From Candidatus Curtissbacteria bacterium (lineage in GTDB: Bacteria > Patescibacteriota > Microgenomatia > Curtissbacterales > GWA2-41-24), in NCBI GenBank assembly GCA_016198325.1, contig JACQIV010000028.1, positions 1 through 40,381 on the forward strand: a stretch of DNA of 40,381 bases. Direction: 5' to 3'. Below, in pieces: positions 24,270 to 32,183 of the stretch. How positions within the stretch are numbered: position 1 is the stretch's first letter; every line of letters starts with the position of its first letter. Below the pieces are notes generated by a model that had not been told where the DNA came from, made no database searches, and worked only from the letters and a program-made list of their open reading frames with translations. A program made the translations under genes and the position numbers.

Positions 24270-25304
24270 TCAAAAAGGACTATCAGTTTCACAACCGTCT
24301 TCATCGTAGTTATGTCCATCGAAATATGAAATATCACCACGTGCGTCCCCGTGAGATAAATAAGTTTGTTCCCATTCATCGACCATCGCATCCACAGCTT
24401 CTTCATTTTGCATTAGTTCGTTTTGTGATGTTTCTGCGACTTGATAATTATCTTCATTTATTTTTCCAAATATTTGGCTATTTTCTTCTGCACCATTTTT
24501 AATTATTTCAGATACATTAACAAGATTTTTATTTACCGTACCGAATTGTAAACTTCCTAATTCCGGATTTTTAAATCTCAAATACCTAATCTCGTGTCTT
24601 GGTTGACGCGAACTGTACCTTCTTTCTACATTGCAACCCTTAAGTGGATTCTTATAAGCACTAATTAGTTCTTCTTTGATTATGTTTTTGTGTTCATCAT
24701 TAAAATATTCAAGATTAGGTAACAAAATACTTCTTCTTGCAACGAGTATATTATTTTCCGGTTGCATCGCACTATTTGTGTAATTTGGTATAAATCTAAC
24801 ACTATCATCTGTACGAACACCTTTAATAAAAAGAAGGTTTATCTGAAATCTACTTAAGTCTATTTGTTTAAAATCTGCCGTTAATGGGAACCACAGCGAA
24901 ACAGAAAACTTGTCAAACAACTCCTTGTTAAAATCACTATTAGACCATCCATTTATGTAGGGGGCATGAGTTTCTCTTCTGTAATTAAATTTTAATGTTT
25001 CTGAAATCTCGACAAATTTCGTTGTTCCGGAATAGGCAAATATTTCTGCATTTTTTTCGTAAAAATCGGAAATATTTGTTGTTTCTGTGCGTTTTACGTC
25101 AGCATGCAATGGATAAATCACATCGTCTTTAAGTTCGCTAATTAAATTACTCAAGCCCGTTTTTACAATACATTCGGAATAAAGATTTGTAGCTTGTTCA
25201 TGAATTCTTAACTTAAGCTCCCTGTCGTTGAAAACTCCACGATCTGGAGGAGGTTGAAGGGGTTGCGTAGGTGGACGGTATTCTATATCTTCTTTTAAAC
25301 CCAT
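24270..25304 (-). CDS. Hypothetical protein, no recognisable domain, acidic C-terminal tail
   Basis: 344-aa uninterrupted ORF in a visibly AT-rich stretch. TATAAT at 25319-25314 lies 9 nt upstream of the ATG, with no Shine-Dalgarno sequence. Confidence 0.65.
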   Translation of the reverse strand: MGLKEDIEYRPPTQPLQPPPDRGVFNDRELKLRIHEQATNLYSECIVKTGLSNLISELKDDVIYPLHADVKRTETTNISDFYEKNAEIFAYSGTTKFVEISETLKFNYRRETHAPYINGWSNSDFNKELFDKFSVSLWFPLTADFKQIDLSRFQINLLFIKGVRTDDSVRFIPNYTNSAMQPENNILVARRSILLPNLEYFNDEHKNIIKEELISAYKNPLKGCNVERRYSSRQPRHEIRYLRFKNPELGSLQFGTVNKNLVNVSEIIKNGAEENSQIFGKINEDNYQVAETSQNELMQNEEAVDAMVDEWEQTYLSHGDARGDISYFDGHNYDEDGCETDSPF

Positions 25305-25551
25305 AGTGAAAGTATTATACGCTGGTGTGCAAGGTTTATAAAAAAAATTTAAACACTCTCTATGTGCAATCTAATAAGTCAAATGACATAACCCTGAGTT
25401 ACTAAAGTCCCGAACGAAGCTATGGATATCAAGTAAGTTTCGGAGTGCAAGCACGCCATCATTAAAATTTCGAAGCGCAAACGAGGAAATAGTACCGGGA
25501 TGTGGATTTCGGCAATTTGTTAAGGCGGTATTTAGTATAAAGTATGCAGTC

Positions 25552-25830
25552 TTAAGCCTCAGACGTTAAGGCGTAGTTTTGGAAAATGGTGCTGTACATA
25601 AGAGAATCTTCTGCAATATCCTTTTTATTTTTTTGAAAAAGAATTCTTTTTGTATTTAATATGGACTTTTGAATATAAACCGGCAGTTTATTTTTTTTGA
25701 CTTCCTCAATTCTTTTTAATGCTTCTTCCCTGAATCTTTCAGCAGTTTTGTCCGACCCATTGCGAAAAGCAAGCGCTACTCTTTTGAGGTCCATTGACAA
25801 GGATGATATCGTTATTTGTTCTTCACTCAT
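25552..25830 (-). CDS. Hypothetical small helical protein
   Basis: 92 aa. Its start overlaps the stop of the upstream gene by 4 nt (ATGA). Confidence 0.5.
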   Translation of the reverse strand: MSEEQITISSLSMDLKRVALAFRNGSDKTAERFREEALKRIEEVKKNKLPVYIQKSILNTKRILFQKNKKDIAEDSLMYSTIFQNYALTSEA

Positions 25831-26165
25831 ATTATTTCTTTAAAAAAATATCTTGTAAGCCTCTCGTACTCTTTTTTTATTTTATCACTTTGTATTTCAT
25901 TACTTGTGTTGTTATCATTAGGCCTAATATTGATAAACGAATTATAGTCAATTATTTTCGTTTCCAAATCGATTCCCCCACCCCATAAATCTGACTGATT
26001 TGAGTTTTGTTTAAGTAATAATTGTTTTGATTCAAAATGCCTGTTTGCACCAGCCGAACAAATCTTTTTTTTTATATCAATTACAGTCTTGATATAACTT
26101 TGGAATTCTTTCTGAAGTTTTTTTATTTCTTCTTTGGTATAGGGAGTTTCTTTGGCAATTATCAT
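25827..26165 (-). CDS. Small uncharacterised protein resembling the family I recall as DUF5674
   Basis: Taking the ATG at 26165 gives MIIAKETPYTKEEIKKL...VIDIKKKICSAGANRHFESKQLLL..NSNQSDLWGGGIDLE...IDYNSFINIRPNDNNTS.EI.SD.I. The GG..H...E..LL..GS.Q.D.WG / INIRP pattern is recalled from memory. The track's longer TTG start at 26273 would run into the repeat. Confidence 0.55.
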   Translation of the reverse strand: MIIAKETPYTKEEIKKLQKEFQSYIKTVIDIKKKICSAGANRHFESKQLLLKQNSNQSDLWGGGIDLETKIIDYNSFINIRPNDNNTSNEIQSDKIKKEYERLTRYFFKEII

Positions 26166-26269
26166 TCCAAGATAATAGCACCAGGATAAGGACTTCGGCA
26201 AAAATAGTGGGTAATTCGTAGTTGGTAGCTTGTAGCCCTTTACTTCAAAAAAAGTCTTGGACACTTTCA

Positions 26270-26353
26270 ACAAGGTCCGACCATGTACAACTAACGAGGA
26301 CTGTCCTCTTCAAGAAGAGTCGTGCCCCTGGTCTAAATGAGGACAGTCCTCGT
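26270..26353. repeat. Chimeric repeat: type-1 left arm (26270-26288) abutting a 60-nt type-2 composite element (26294-26353)
   Basis: ACAAGGTCCGACC (the type-1 arm) is followed by ACGAGGACTGTCCTC...GAGGACAGTCCTCGT. The composite matches 27681..27728 except for a 12-nt indel (GTGCCCCTGGTC) and 2 substitutions. Confidence 0.8.
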
Positions 26354-26382
26354 TCCGTCGTTGTTTTCCTTATTGCCAATCC

Positions 26383-26757
26383 GTGATAGAATTCACAGGC
26401 TCTTATTTTGCTGTAAATAAATTTATGGCAGAAAGAATCGCAAGAAATTTAAACAGGCGCGGAAGAAGCTCTAAGTACTGCCCGAGACGTGATGTTAGTC
26501 CCCGACAGGAATTGAGTGAGTCCACTCCTTGGGAAAGAACAGAAGTAATCCTCTCGCAGACACTTAAAAACTACTCCGAACTCTACACTCACCATACGGA
26601 CGCACTTCTTGAATTTTTTACGATCAAAACGCAAACACCCATCGACCAGCAGAGAGAAAAGCTTAATCAATTCATCGAAAAACACAAGGGGTCGATTGAA
26701 ATACTCAAACCGGCGTTCACGAAGATAAACGAAATTATTAGCCAGCAACGCTTTTAG
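26383..26757 (+). CDS. Hypothetical protein
   Basis: 124-aa ORF with a GTG start; the alternative ATG at 26425 gives MAERIARNL.... No recognisable domain. Confidence 0.45.
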   Translation: MIEFTGSYFAVNKFMAERIARNLNRRGRSSKYCPRRDVSPRQELSESTPWERTEVILSQTLKNYSELYTHHTDALLEFFTIKTQTPIDQQREKLNQFIEKHKGSIEILKPAFTKINEIISQQRF

Positions 26758-26768
26758 GTTGAAGCCCT

Positions 26769-26789
26769 AAACGAGGACAGTCCTCGTTT
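26769..26789. terminator. Type-2 palindrome AAACGAGGAC-A-GTCCTCGTTT acting as a likely bidirectional intrinsic terminator
   Basis: Perfect 10-bp arms flanked by A/T runs on both sides, sitting between the convergent genes 26383..26757 (+) and 26812..27039 (-). Confidence 0.65.
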
Positions 26790-26811
26790 TACTCGTTTCT
26801 AACCTCTTTAA

Positions 26812-27039
26812 CTATTCCCCACCCAAGTTTTCGTTCTGTTTTTGTTGAAGCTGGTTTTGGAGATCATTAACTTTATTTTGGACATCACGCGGGTTGGTTG
26901 GAATATCTTGACCTGCTCCAAGGTCAACAGCATTATTCGCTTCGCTTTTTGAAAGTAGCTTTGAAGTTATCAGGATCATCACTACCGCCAAAATTAGTAC
27001 ACCGATAATCAACACTATAAAACCGGCAAGACCACGCAT
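26812..27039 (-). CDS. Small single-pass membrane protein
   Basis: 75 aa. N-terminal TM segment (GFIVLIIGVLILAVVMILI) followed by a Gln/Asn-rich tail. Confidence 0.5.
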   Translation of the reverse strand: MRGLAGFIVLIIGVLILAVVMILITSKLLSKSEANNAVDLGAGQDIPTNPRDVQNKVNDLQNQLQQKQNENLGGE

Positions 27040-27042
27040 AAG

Positions 27043-27633
27043 CTAAGTATAGAGTTTATTGAGTAAAGAGTTAAGATCTGTTTTCTTAACTTCAAAGCGA
27101 AGCAGTTTTTCGGCAGGAACTGTGAAAGATTTATGCAGAATAGAGTCGACTTTCCTCCAGTGGCTTGCCTCCAAAAAAGCGCTGTTGAAGATTAATCTTT
27201 TTTGCTTCTTGGTCAGTTTCTTAAAATCGGGGTTTTCCGGCAACGTTTTCACAACTTCAATTGTTCCAGAAAGCTGGGCATGGCAATAATCCATGACTGT
27301 TTTTAAAGACATAAAACTGATAAATCCTCTGTGAATTTTGTGCCTGACATCGCCGTTATCTTCTATTACTCTTGCGTGATATGCAGCAAAATCTTTCTTC
27401 AAAAAAGTGGCATCATAATTTTCTTCATCAAGGGACGGATCCATAAGACCCATTTCAGTTAAAAAATCCCTAATTATTCTTACGCCTTGTTCCTGAAACT
27501 CATTAAGCCTTCGCTTTGGGACCTCGATTGCCGGGTCGGGAAATTCGTCATTCCGGCTGACAATATGGAACTGTGGTCTTTGTTGTTCTTGTGTTCTTTC
27601 CACAAAAAAAGGAGCGTCGCTTCGGCGTTCCAT
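27043..27633 (-). CDS. Hypothetical protein
   Basis: I prefer the ATG at 27633 (MERRSDAPFF...). The track's longer start at 27681 would read through the type-2 repeat. No recognisable domain. Confidence 0.55.
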   Translation of the reverse strand: MERRSDAPFFVERTQEQQRPQFHIVSRNDEFPDPAIEVPKRRLNEFQEQGVRIIRDFLTEMGLMDPSLDEENYDATFLKKDFAAYHARVIEDNGDVRHKIHRGFISFMSLKTVMDYCHAQLSGTIEVVKTLPENPDFKKLTKKQKRLIFNSAFLEASHWRKVDSILHKSFTVPAEKLLRFEVKKTDLNSLLNKLYT

Positions 27634-27680
27634 AAGAGGGAATGATAACAGTGTTGAGGCTAAATGTAAAGGGACACCCA

Positions 27681-27728
27681 ACGAGGACTGTCCTCTTCAA
27701 GAACAGTCTAAACGAGGACAGTCCTCGT
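27681..27728. repeat. Type-2 composite palindromic element (48 nt): ACGAGGACTGTCCTC...ACGAGGACAGTCCTCGT
   Basis: The two terminal units are reverse complements of each other, and each unit is itself palindromic. It lies between 27738..28211 and 27043..27633. Confidence 0.85.
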
Positions 27729-27737
27729 ACCACTCAA

Positions 27738-28211
27738 CTACTTATACTTCGGCTTAATCTGGAACAATATGTAAAGCCCGATTACCGCTCCCAGAATAGT
27801 TCCTACAGAAATGCTTAAAAGAGACGATCCGATGCTAATAATTTCCGACCAAAATAAAAGATTCCAACCAGCCATTTTCCCTGCTTTAAGGCTAGGAAAG
27901 GCAACAATCATCATCAAACTTGATACCGCAAGTCCGATCGTTGAAATTAGTCCAAGTCCGTAATTACTGTACCTGCCGACTATGGCAAAAGGTGCAAACA
28001 CCGTAAAAATTCCAAAAGCCGCCAGTGCTCCGATAAGTCCAAGAATACCGAAAATAATTGCAAGCCACGGAGTTATTTTGAAAAGTGTAGCGACCGCATT
28101 GGCCGGCAAGGGAGGTAGCTTTTTAAAAATATCCTCAAGGGATTTAATTATGCTGTCTATGTTAATCACCTCCCTATCTCGAAAGAGAGTAATTAACCAA
28201 AATACTAGCAC
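27738..28211 (-). CDS. Polytopic membrane protein, unknown function
   Basis: 157 aa with about 4 TM segments. The start codon is uncertain: an AGGGAGG lies internal to the track N-terminus. Confidence 0.6.
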   Translation of the reverse strand: MLVFWLITLFRDREVINIDSIIKSLEDIFKKLPPLPANAVATLFKITPWLAIIFGILGLIGALAAFGIFTVFAPFAIVGRYSNYGLGLISTIGLAVSSLMMIVAFPSLKAGKMAGWNLLFWSEIISIGSSLLSISVGTILGAVIGLYILFQIKPKYK

Positions 28212-28250
28212 TAAAAAGAAGTTGAAAGCAATGAGTTCCGGATGAAGTAC

Positions 28251-28901
28251 TTAATATCCCGCGCCCAAACAGGCGGCTTTAGCCTGGGGATCTGTTATCT
28301 GGTCGCAAATCGAAGAACCCTGGTTTTGCTGTGTTTGACCTGCCGCAGGAGATGAAGCCGGTTTCGTAATTGCTCCAATATCCATGAATTTAATGTCTGC
28401 TGGAGGTGTAAAAACGGAATTATCAACGCTCCAATTTGAACAATTCATGTCCACCTGCTTTTCTACATCTAACTGCTGGGATTGTCCCGCAACCGGGCTG
28501 GCCTGAGTTTGAGTCTCGTCCATCTTCATTTTTACTCCCTGCGGCATACCGGATGCCCATGAATATGTATAAGTACCGTCCGAAATCATGTGGCTTTCCA
28601 TAGTTTTCCCTTCAACCGCGGTTGTAAAATCTCCCCTCATCTTACTTCCTGCTACAAAAACCTTACCTTCGTATGCCGAATCCCCCATTGGATATTTAAC
28701 AGAACACGTTACATTTTTACCACCGGAAAGCAGGCTCTTTATCGAACCTTTAACGATTCCTTCGTCTTCAGCCGTCTGCTCCTGAGTAGTTGTAGGTTGG
28801 CTTGTCGAGGGCGATTTTTTATTCATCACCAAATATCCGCCAACTAAAATTGCAATTACTATTGCAATTGCACCGGCGATTAAAGGTGTGTTTTTCGGCA
28901 T
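28251..28901 (-). CDS. Membrane-anchored extracytoplasmic protein, unknown function
   Basis: 216 aa. N-terminal TM segment, a Thr/Gln linker and a beta-rich domain with conserved-looking Cys residues. Confidence 0.6.
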   Translation of the reverse strand: MPKNTPLIAGAIAIVIAILVGGYLVMNKKSPSTSQPTTTQEQTAEDEGIVKGSIKSLLSGGKNVTCSVKYPMGDSAYEGKVFVAGSKMRGDFTTAVEGKTMESHMISDGTYTYSWASGMPQGVKMKMDETQTQASPVAGQSQQLDVEKQVDMNCSNWSVDNSVFTPPADIKFMDIGAITKPASSPAAGQTQQNQGSSICDQITDPQAKAACLGAGY

Positions 28902-28955
28902 GGTCGAAAGTATACTTGAGCCTTATCTATAAATCAACCAGACTGTTGTAAAAGC

Positions 28956-29228
28956 TTGTCAAAAAATTCAACCGACCTTTACATTTCCGAATTGAAACCG
29001 GAGGAATTTGCGCACGAAGCACCGCCATTTTATCATACGGAAAATTTAAAAATTGTAGGGGAACCCCTAATAACATTCGACGATGTTTACCACCGTGCAG
29101 AAACCTGGAACCAGGTAACCAAAGTTGATAATGTGAGCGATAGGGTTTTCGTTGAAGACACAGATCCTCGGTTATCAGAATTCCTGATAAAAGCCCCGTG
29201 GCTCCACCCTTATAACCCTCAAGGCTAG
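28956..29228 (+). CDS. Hypothetical small acidic protein (uncertain)
   Basis: 90-aa ORF with a TTG start. Its composition is more protein-like than the overlapping minus ORF 28927..29247. No Shine-Dalgarno sequence or domain support. Confidence 0.3.
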   Translation: MSKNSTDLYISELKPEEFAHEAPPFYHTENLKIVGEPLITFDDVYHRAETWNQVTKVDNVSDRVFVEDTDPRLSEFLIKAPWLHPYNPQG

Positions 29229-29278
29229 TAATCGGCTTGTACTCCAAATCCTAATCCGTTTGTGGATATAATTAGTTA

Positions 29279-29533
29279 GTGCCGGATACTGAAGAACAAA
29301 AAATTATAGATAAAACCGTCGAGAAAGTATTAAACATTCTCGGAAAAAACCCCGCAGCGCGTAAAATTCAAAGCAGCCAAATATTAACCGGAATATTCGG
29401 AGTAATAGGATTCGCGTTGTTTATAAAAGGTGTTGAAAAGTATTTCATCGAACTTCCTAGTTATTTCCTTATAACATTGGGGATTATTATGATGGCCCTA
29501 GCGGGCGTAGTCCTGCAAAAAATTTCCAAGTGA
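29279..29533 (+). CDS. Small two-TM membrane protein
   Basis: 84 aa, GTG start, with a 4-nt overlap onto the downstream gene. Confidence 0.5.
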   Translation: MPDTEEQKIIDKTVEKVLNILGKNPAARKIQSSQILTGIFGVIGFALFIKGVEKYFIELPSYFLITLGIIMMALAGVVLQKISK

Positions 29534-29964
29534 TGGTATTCAATAAAACAACCGGTCAAATTCTAATCAGGCTTTCAAAAGGAGAAGAACTTATTGAAAA
29601 CCTGACCAAATTTTGCCAGAAACACGGCATCAAAACAGCACAAGTTATGGGTATTGGTGCCGTACTTTGGGCGGATATAGGACACTATGATCTTTCTAAA
29701 AAAGAATACCTGTACAAAAAATATGAACACACCATGGAGTTAACTTCCCTGCTTGGCAATGTTTCCGAAAAAGACGGCAAGCCATATTTACACCTGCATG
29801 TAAACATTTCGGACAAGGACGGGAAAACTTACGGCGGACATCTCAAAGAAGCAGTTTGCGCCGGGACAATTGAGATTTTCCTTACCCCAATCGAAACTAC
29901 GCTTAATCGCCGATTCGATAACGAAACCGGCCTTGCCCTCTGGGATTTATCGTCAGCGAAATAA
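29530..29964 (+). CDS. PPC-domain (DUF296) protein
   Basis: 144 aa. The pattern G.G.....IG.YD...KEY......ELTSL.GN......KPYLHLH...SD.DG...GGHL......GT.EIFL is typical of the PPC/DUF296 fold. Confidence 0.7.
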   Translation: MMVFNKTTGQILIRLSKGEELIENLTKFCQKHGIKTAQVMGIGAVLWADIGHYDLSKKEYLYKKYEHTMELTSLLGNVSEKDGKPYLHLHVNISDKDGKTYGGHLKEAVCAGTIEIFLTPIETTLNRRFDNETGLALWDLSSAK

Positions 29965-31365
29965 TTTAAGAAGATCCGAAAGTCTCTCGGTCTCTGCCGG
30001 ATAAATCCAAATTAGATTCATAACTACGAGTACGTTCACCATCAAAAAGATTATGAAGTAAAAGGTTATAACTATGCGACGGTACTTTGCAAAAATCCAA
30101 CTGACGAGAAAAACCATAAATGCAAGCAAAAATGTGTACTGCCACAAGTAATGGTATTGTCTGCCTAAAAATAAAAACCCAAACCGGATAGTTGTAGATC
30201 CTAAAATCAACATCAGAAACAGCATTTCAAAAAATCCCAAACTTTTCCAGAGCTTTGCCATAAATACTGCTAATAATATTGAAGAGAACGGAAAGAGCGG
30301 GTATATGTACTTATTAAAATAGGAAAAAGCCCCGGACCCGCTTGCACCAAGAACCATAAGTGTTAAATACATAAACGGAAAAACCAAGAATATAAAAACC
30401 GGATCATTAACTTTTATTTTTTTATCTCCACTTATCCAAAAGGGAGATGTTGCAAATAAAATGATAGATGCTAACATTCCCCCGTCGAAAAACAACCTGT
30501 TTTTGGCGCTTATTCCCGGATAAGCAAAAATAGCGTTAATTACTTCCGGCAAGCCGGCGATGGTTTTTACTTTTACGTCATTTTGTAAAGAAGCCCAAAG
30601 GCTAAAATCATACAAATACCCGATTAGAACATAGACAAGGACAGAAAGACCAACTGCCGCAAATGCAATTACCCCGCCCAAATATTTCTTGTTTGCAATA
30701 TAAACAGTTGCAGCGGCAAGCCCGACTGTTACGCCAATTTGCTTGGTTAGCATTGCCAAAAAACTGAGCAGCGCAACCGTCACAAGAGAAATCTTAAATG
30801 TGACCTTATTTTTCAAAAATAATAAAACCGTCAGAAGTGTCCCCAAAAGTAGAGGCGTGATCAAATTTTCGGTCACCGACATTCTGTTTGCCAACACGAT
30901 TGTCGGATTTGTAGAAAAAAGGAGGGAACTGATTAAACCAACATTTTTCCCAAAAACAAGTGCGGCGACGGTTCCTGTCAGAAATACAGTAACGATGCCC
31001 AGAAGAATAGGCAAAATCCTGATTGTACGGTGTGTGACATCAAAAACTTCTCCCCCATGAAGTAAATTTACGTTCGCACCCGACAACCAAAAATATAACG
31101 GTTGTTTTTCAATAACGGGTGAAACTATCTTCCATTTAACACCGAACCTTTCAACTTCGGTTGAATTTTTATAAGAGTTTAGATATGACCAGCTCCTCGG
31201 GGTACCCTCTTTTAACCAGGTAGCCCCTCCCCACGCGTAGTGCACTTCGTCAAAATCTTCGTATGGCGAAGGAACCATATCGTAATCCTTGAGCCTCAAA
31301 AAGAAACCAAATATAATTATTAAGAGTAATAAAAGTAAAAAACGGAAATTCGTAAAAGACTTCAT
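29953..31365 (-). CDS. GT39/ArnT-like (PMT_2) membrane glycosyltransferase
   Basis: A polytopic membrane protein of about 470 aa. An N-terminal loop with DE..HY motif (YEDFDEVHYAWGG) follows the first TM segment. I prefer the ATG at 31365 (MKSFTNFRF...). Confidence 0.7.
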   Translation of the reverse strand: MKSFTNFRFLLLLLLIIIFGFFLRLKDYDMVPSPYEDFDEVHYAWGGATWLKEGTPRSWSYLNSYKNSTEVERFGVKWKIVSPVIEKQPLYFWLSGANVNLLHGGEVFDVTHRTIRILPILLGIVTVFLTGTVAALVFGKNVGLISSLLFSTNPTIVLANRMSVTENLITPLLLGTLLTVLLFLKNKVTFKISLVTVALLSFLAMLTKQIGVTVGLAAATVYIANKKYLGGVIAFAAVGLSVLVYVLIGYLYDFSLWASLQNDVKVKTIAGLPEVINAIFAYPGISAKNRLFFDGGMLASIILFATSPFWISGDKKIKVNDPVFIFLVFPFMYLTLMVLGASGSGAFSYFNKYIYPLFPFSSILLAVFMAKLWKSLGFFEMLFLMLILGSTTIRFGFLFLGRQYHYLWQYTFLLAFMVFLVSWIFAKYRRIVITFYFIIFLMVNVLVVMNLIWIYPAETERLSDLLKLFR

Positions 31366-31448
31366 GCACTTGCATTTTATACAAGATGCGCAAAAAGGTA
31401 AAAGTAATGCACTTGCAATAAGACTAACCAAAAGTGTACAAATATTAG

Positions 31449-32183
31449 ATGCTCGCATACATTCTGCTATTTACCTTTTTGGGCGGAATAGGTTCACTCG
31501 CTGGAAGTTTTTTTCTTCTTGCCAAAAAACAACTGACAGAAGTCTTTGCAGACAGGTTGGTGAGTTTCGCCGCCGGTGTATTAATCGCCACAGCATTTTT
31601 GGACCTATTACCCGAAGCACAGGAATTGGATGGGGAGAGCAACATTTTCCTGTTTGCCCTGATAGGATTTGTAATGTTTTTCCTCGCAGAAAGGTTTCTT
31701 AGGCTGTTTCATTTTCATCACGGCCACGGGGAAAAACCGACAAACCTTCTGATACTTGTCGGTGACGGAGTACATAACTTCGTAGACGGTGTAACAATTG
31801 CGGTTGCGTTTTTAACCAATATGAGTCTTGGTATCACTACTTCTTTTGCAGTAGCTGCTCATGAAATACCTCAGGAAATAGCTGATATGGGAGTTTTACT
31901 GGCAAACGGTTTGACAAAAACTAAGGCGTTAATTTATAACTTTCTGTCTGCATTAACTGCTATTTCCGGTGCACTTTCTGCATACTTTTTTGCAGATTTT
32001 ATCGAAAAAAACATTGCCATCTTTTTAGCACTTGCCGCCGGACATTTTATTTACATTTCCGCAAGCGATTTAATTCCGGATCTTCACGAAAAAATAATCG
32101 AGGGCAAAAAAGTTACACAAGCCGCAATTTTCCTCTTGGGGATTATTTCCGTGCTTATATTTACAAAAATTTTTGAGGGTTAG
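31449..32183 (+). CDS. ZIP-family divalent metal transporter (ZupT-like)
   Basis: 244 aa. Contains the HEIPQEIADMGVLL signature, a His-rich loop (HFHHGHG) and about 8 TM segments. Confidence 0.85.
   Translation: MLAYILLFTFLGGIGSLAGSFFLLAKKQLTEVFADRLVSFAAGVLIATAFLDLLPEAQELDGESNIFLFALIGFVMFFLAERFLRLFHFHHGHGEKPTNLLILVGDGVHNFVDGVTIAVAFLTNMSLGITTSFAVAAHEIPQEIADMGVLLANGLTKTKALIYNFLSALTAISGALSAYFFADFIEKNIAIFLALAAGHFIYISASDLIPDLHEKIIEGKKVTQAAIFLLGIISVLIFTKIFEG

Noticed and set aside
26166-26273. Extended N-termini given in the ORF track for 25827..26273 (TTG start) and 27043..27681.
   Set aside because: The extensions read through the palindromic repeats and have non-protein-like sequence. The internal ATGs at 26165 and 27633 give N-termini that begin just outside the repeats.
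23334-27728. CRISPR array formed by the repeated ACGAGGACWGTCCTCGT units.
   Set aside because: The units are separated by whole genes (0.4-3 kb), not by regular 25-40-nt spacers. Their orientation alternates, and no cas1, cas2 or effector genes are present. The Cas4-like gene is an orphan.
28927-29247. 106-aa minus-strand ORF overlapping 28956..29228 (+).
   Set aside because: Its composition is not protein-like (rich in Arg, Leu, Gly and Cys, with no domain), and there is no start context. The + strand ORF is only marginally better, so the whole 28.9-29.28 kb spacer may be non-coding.
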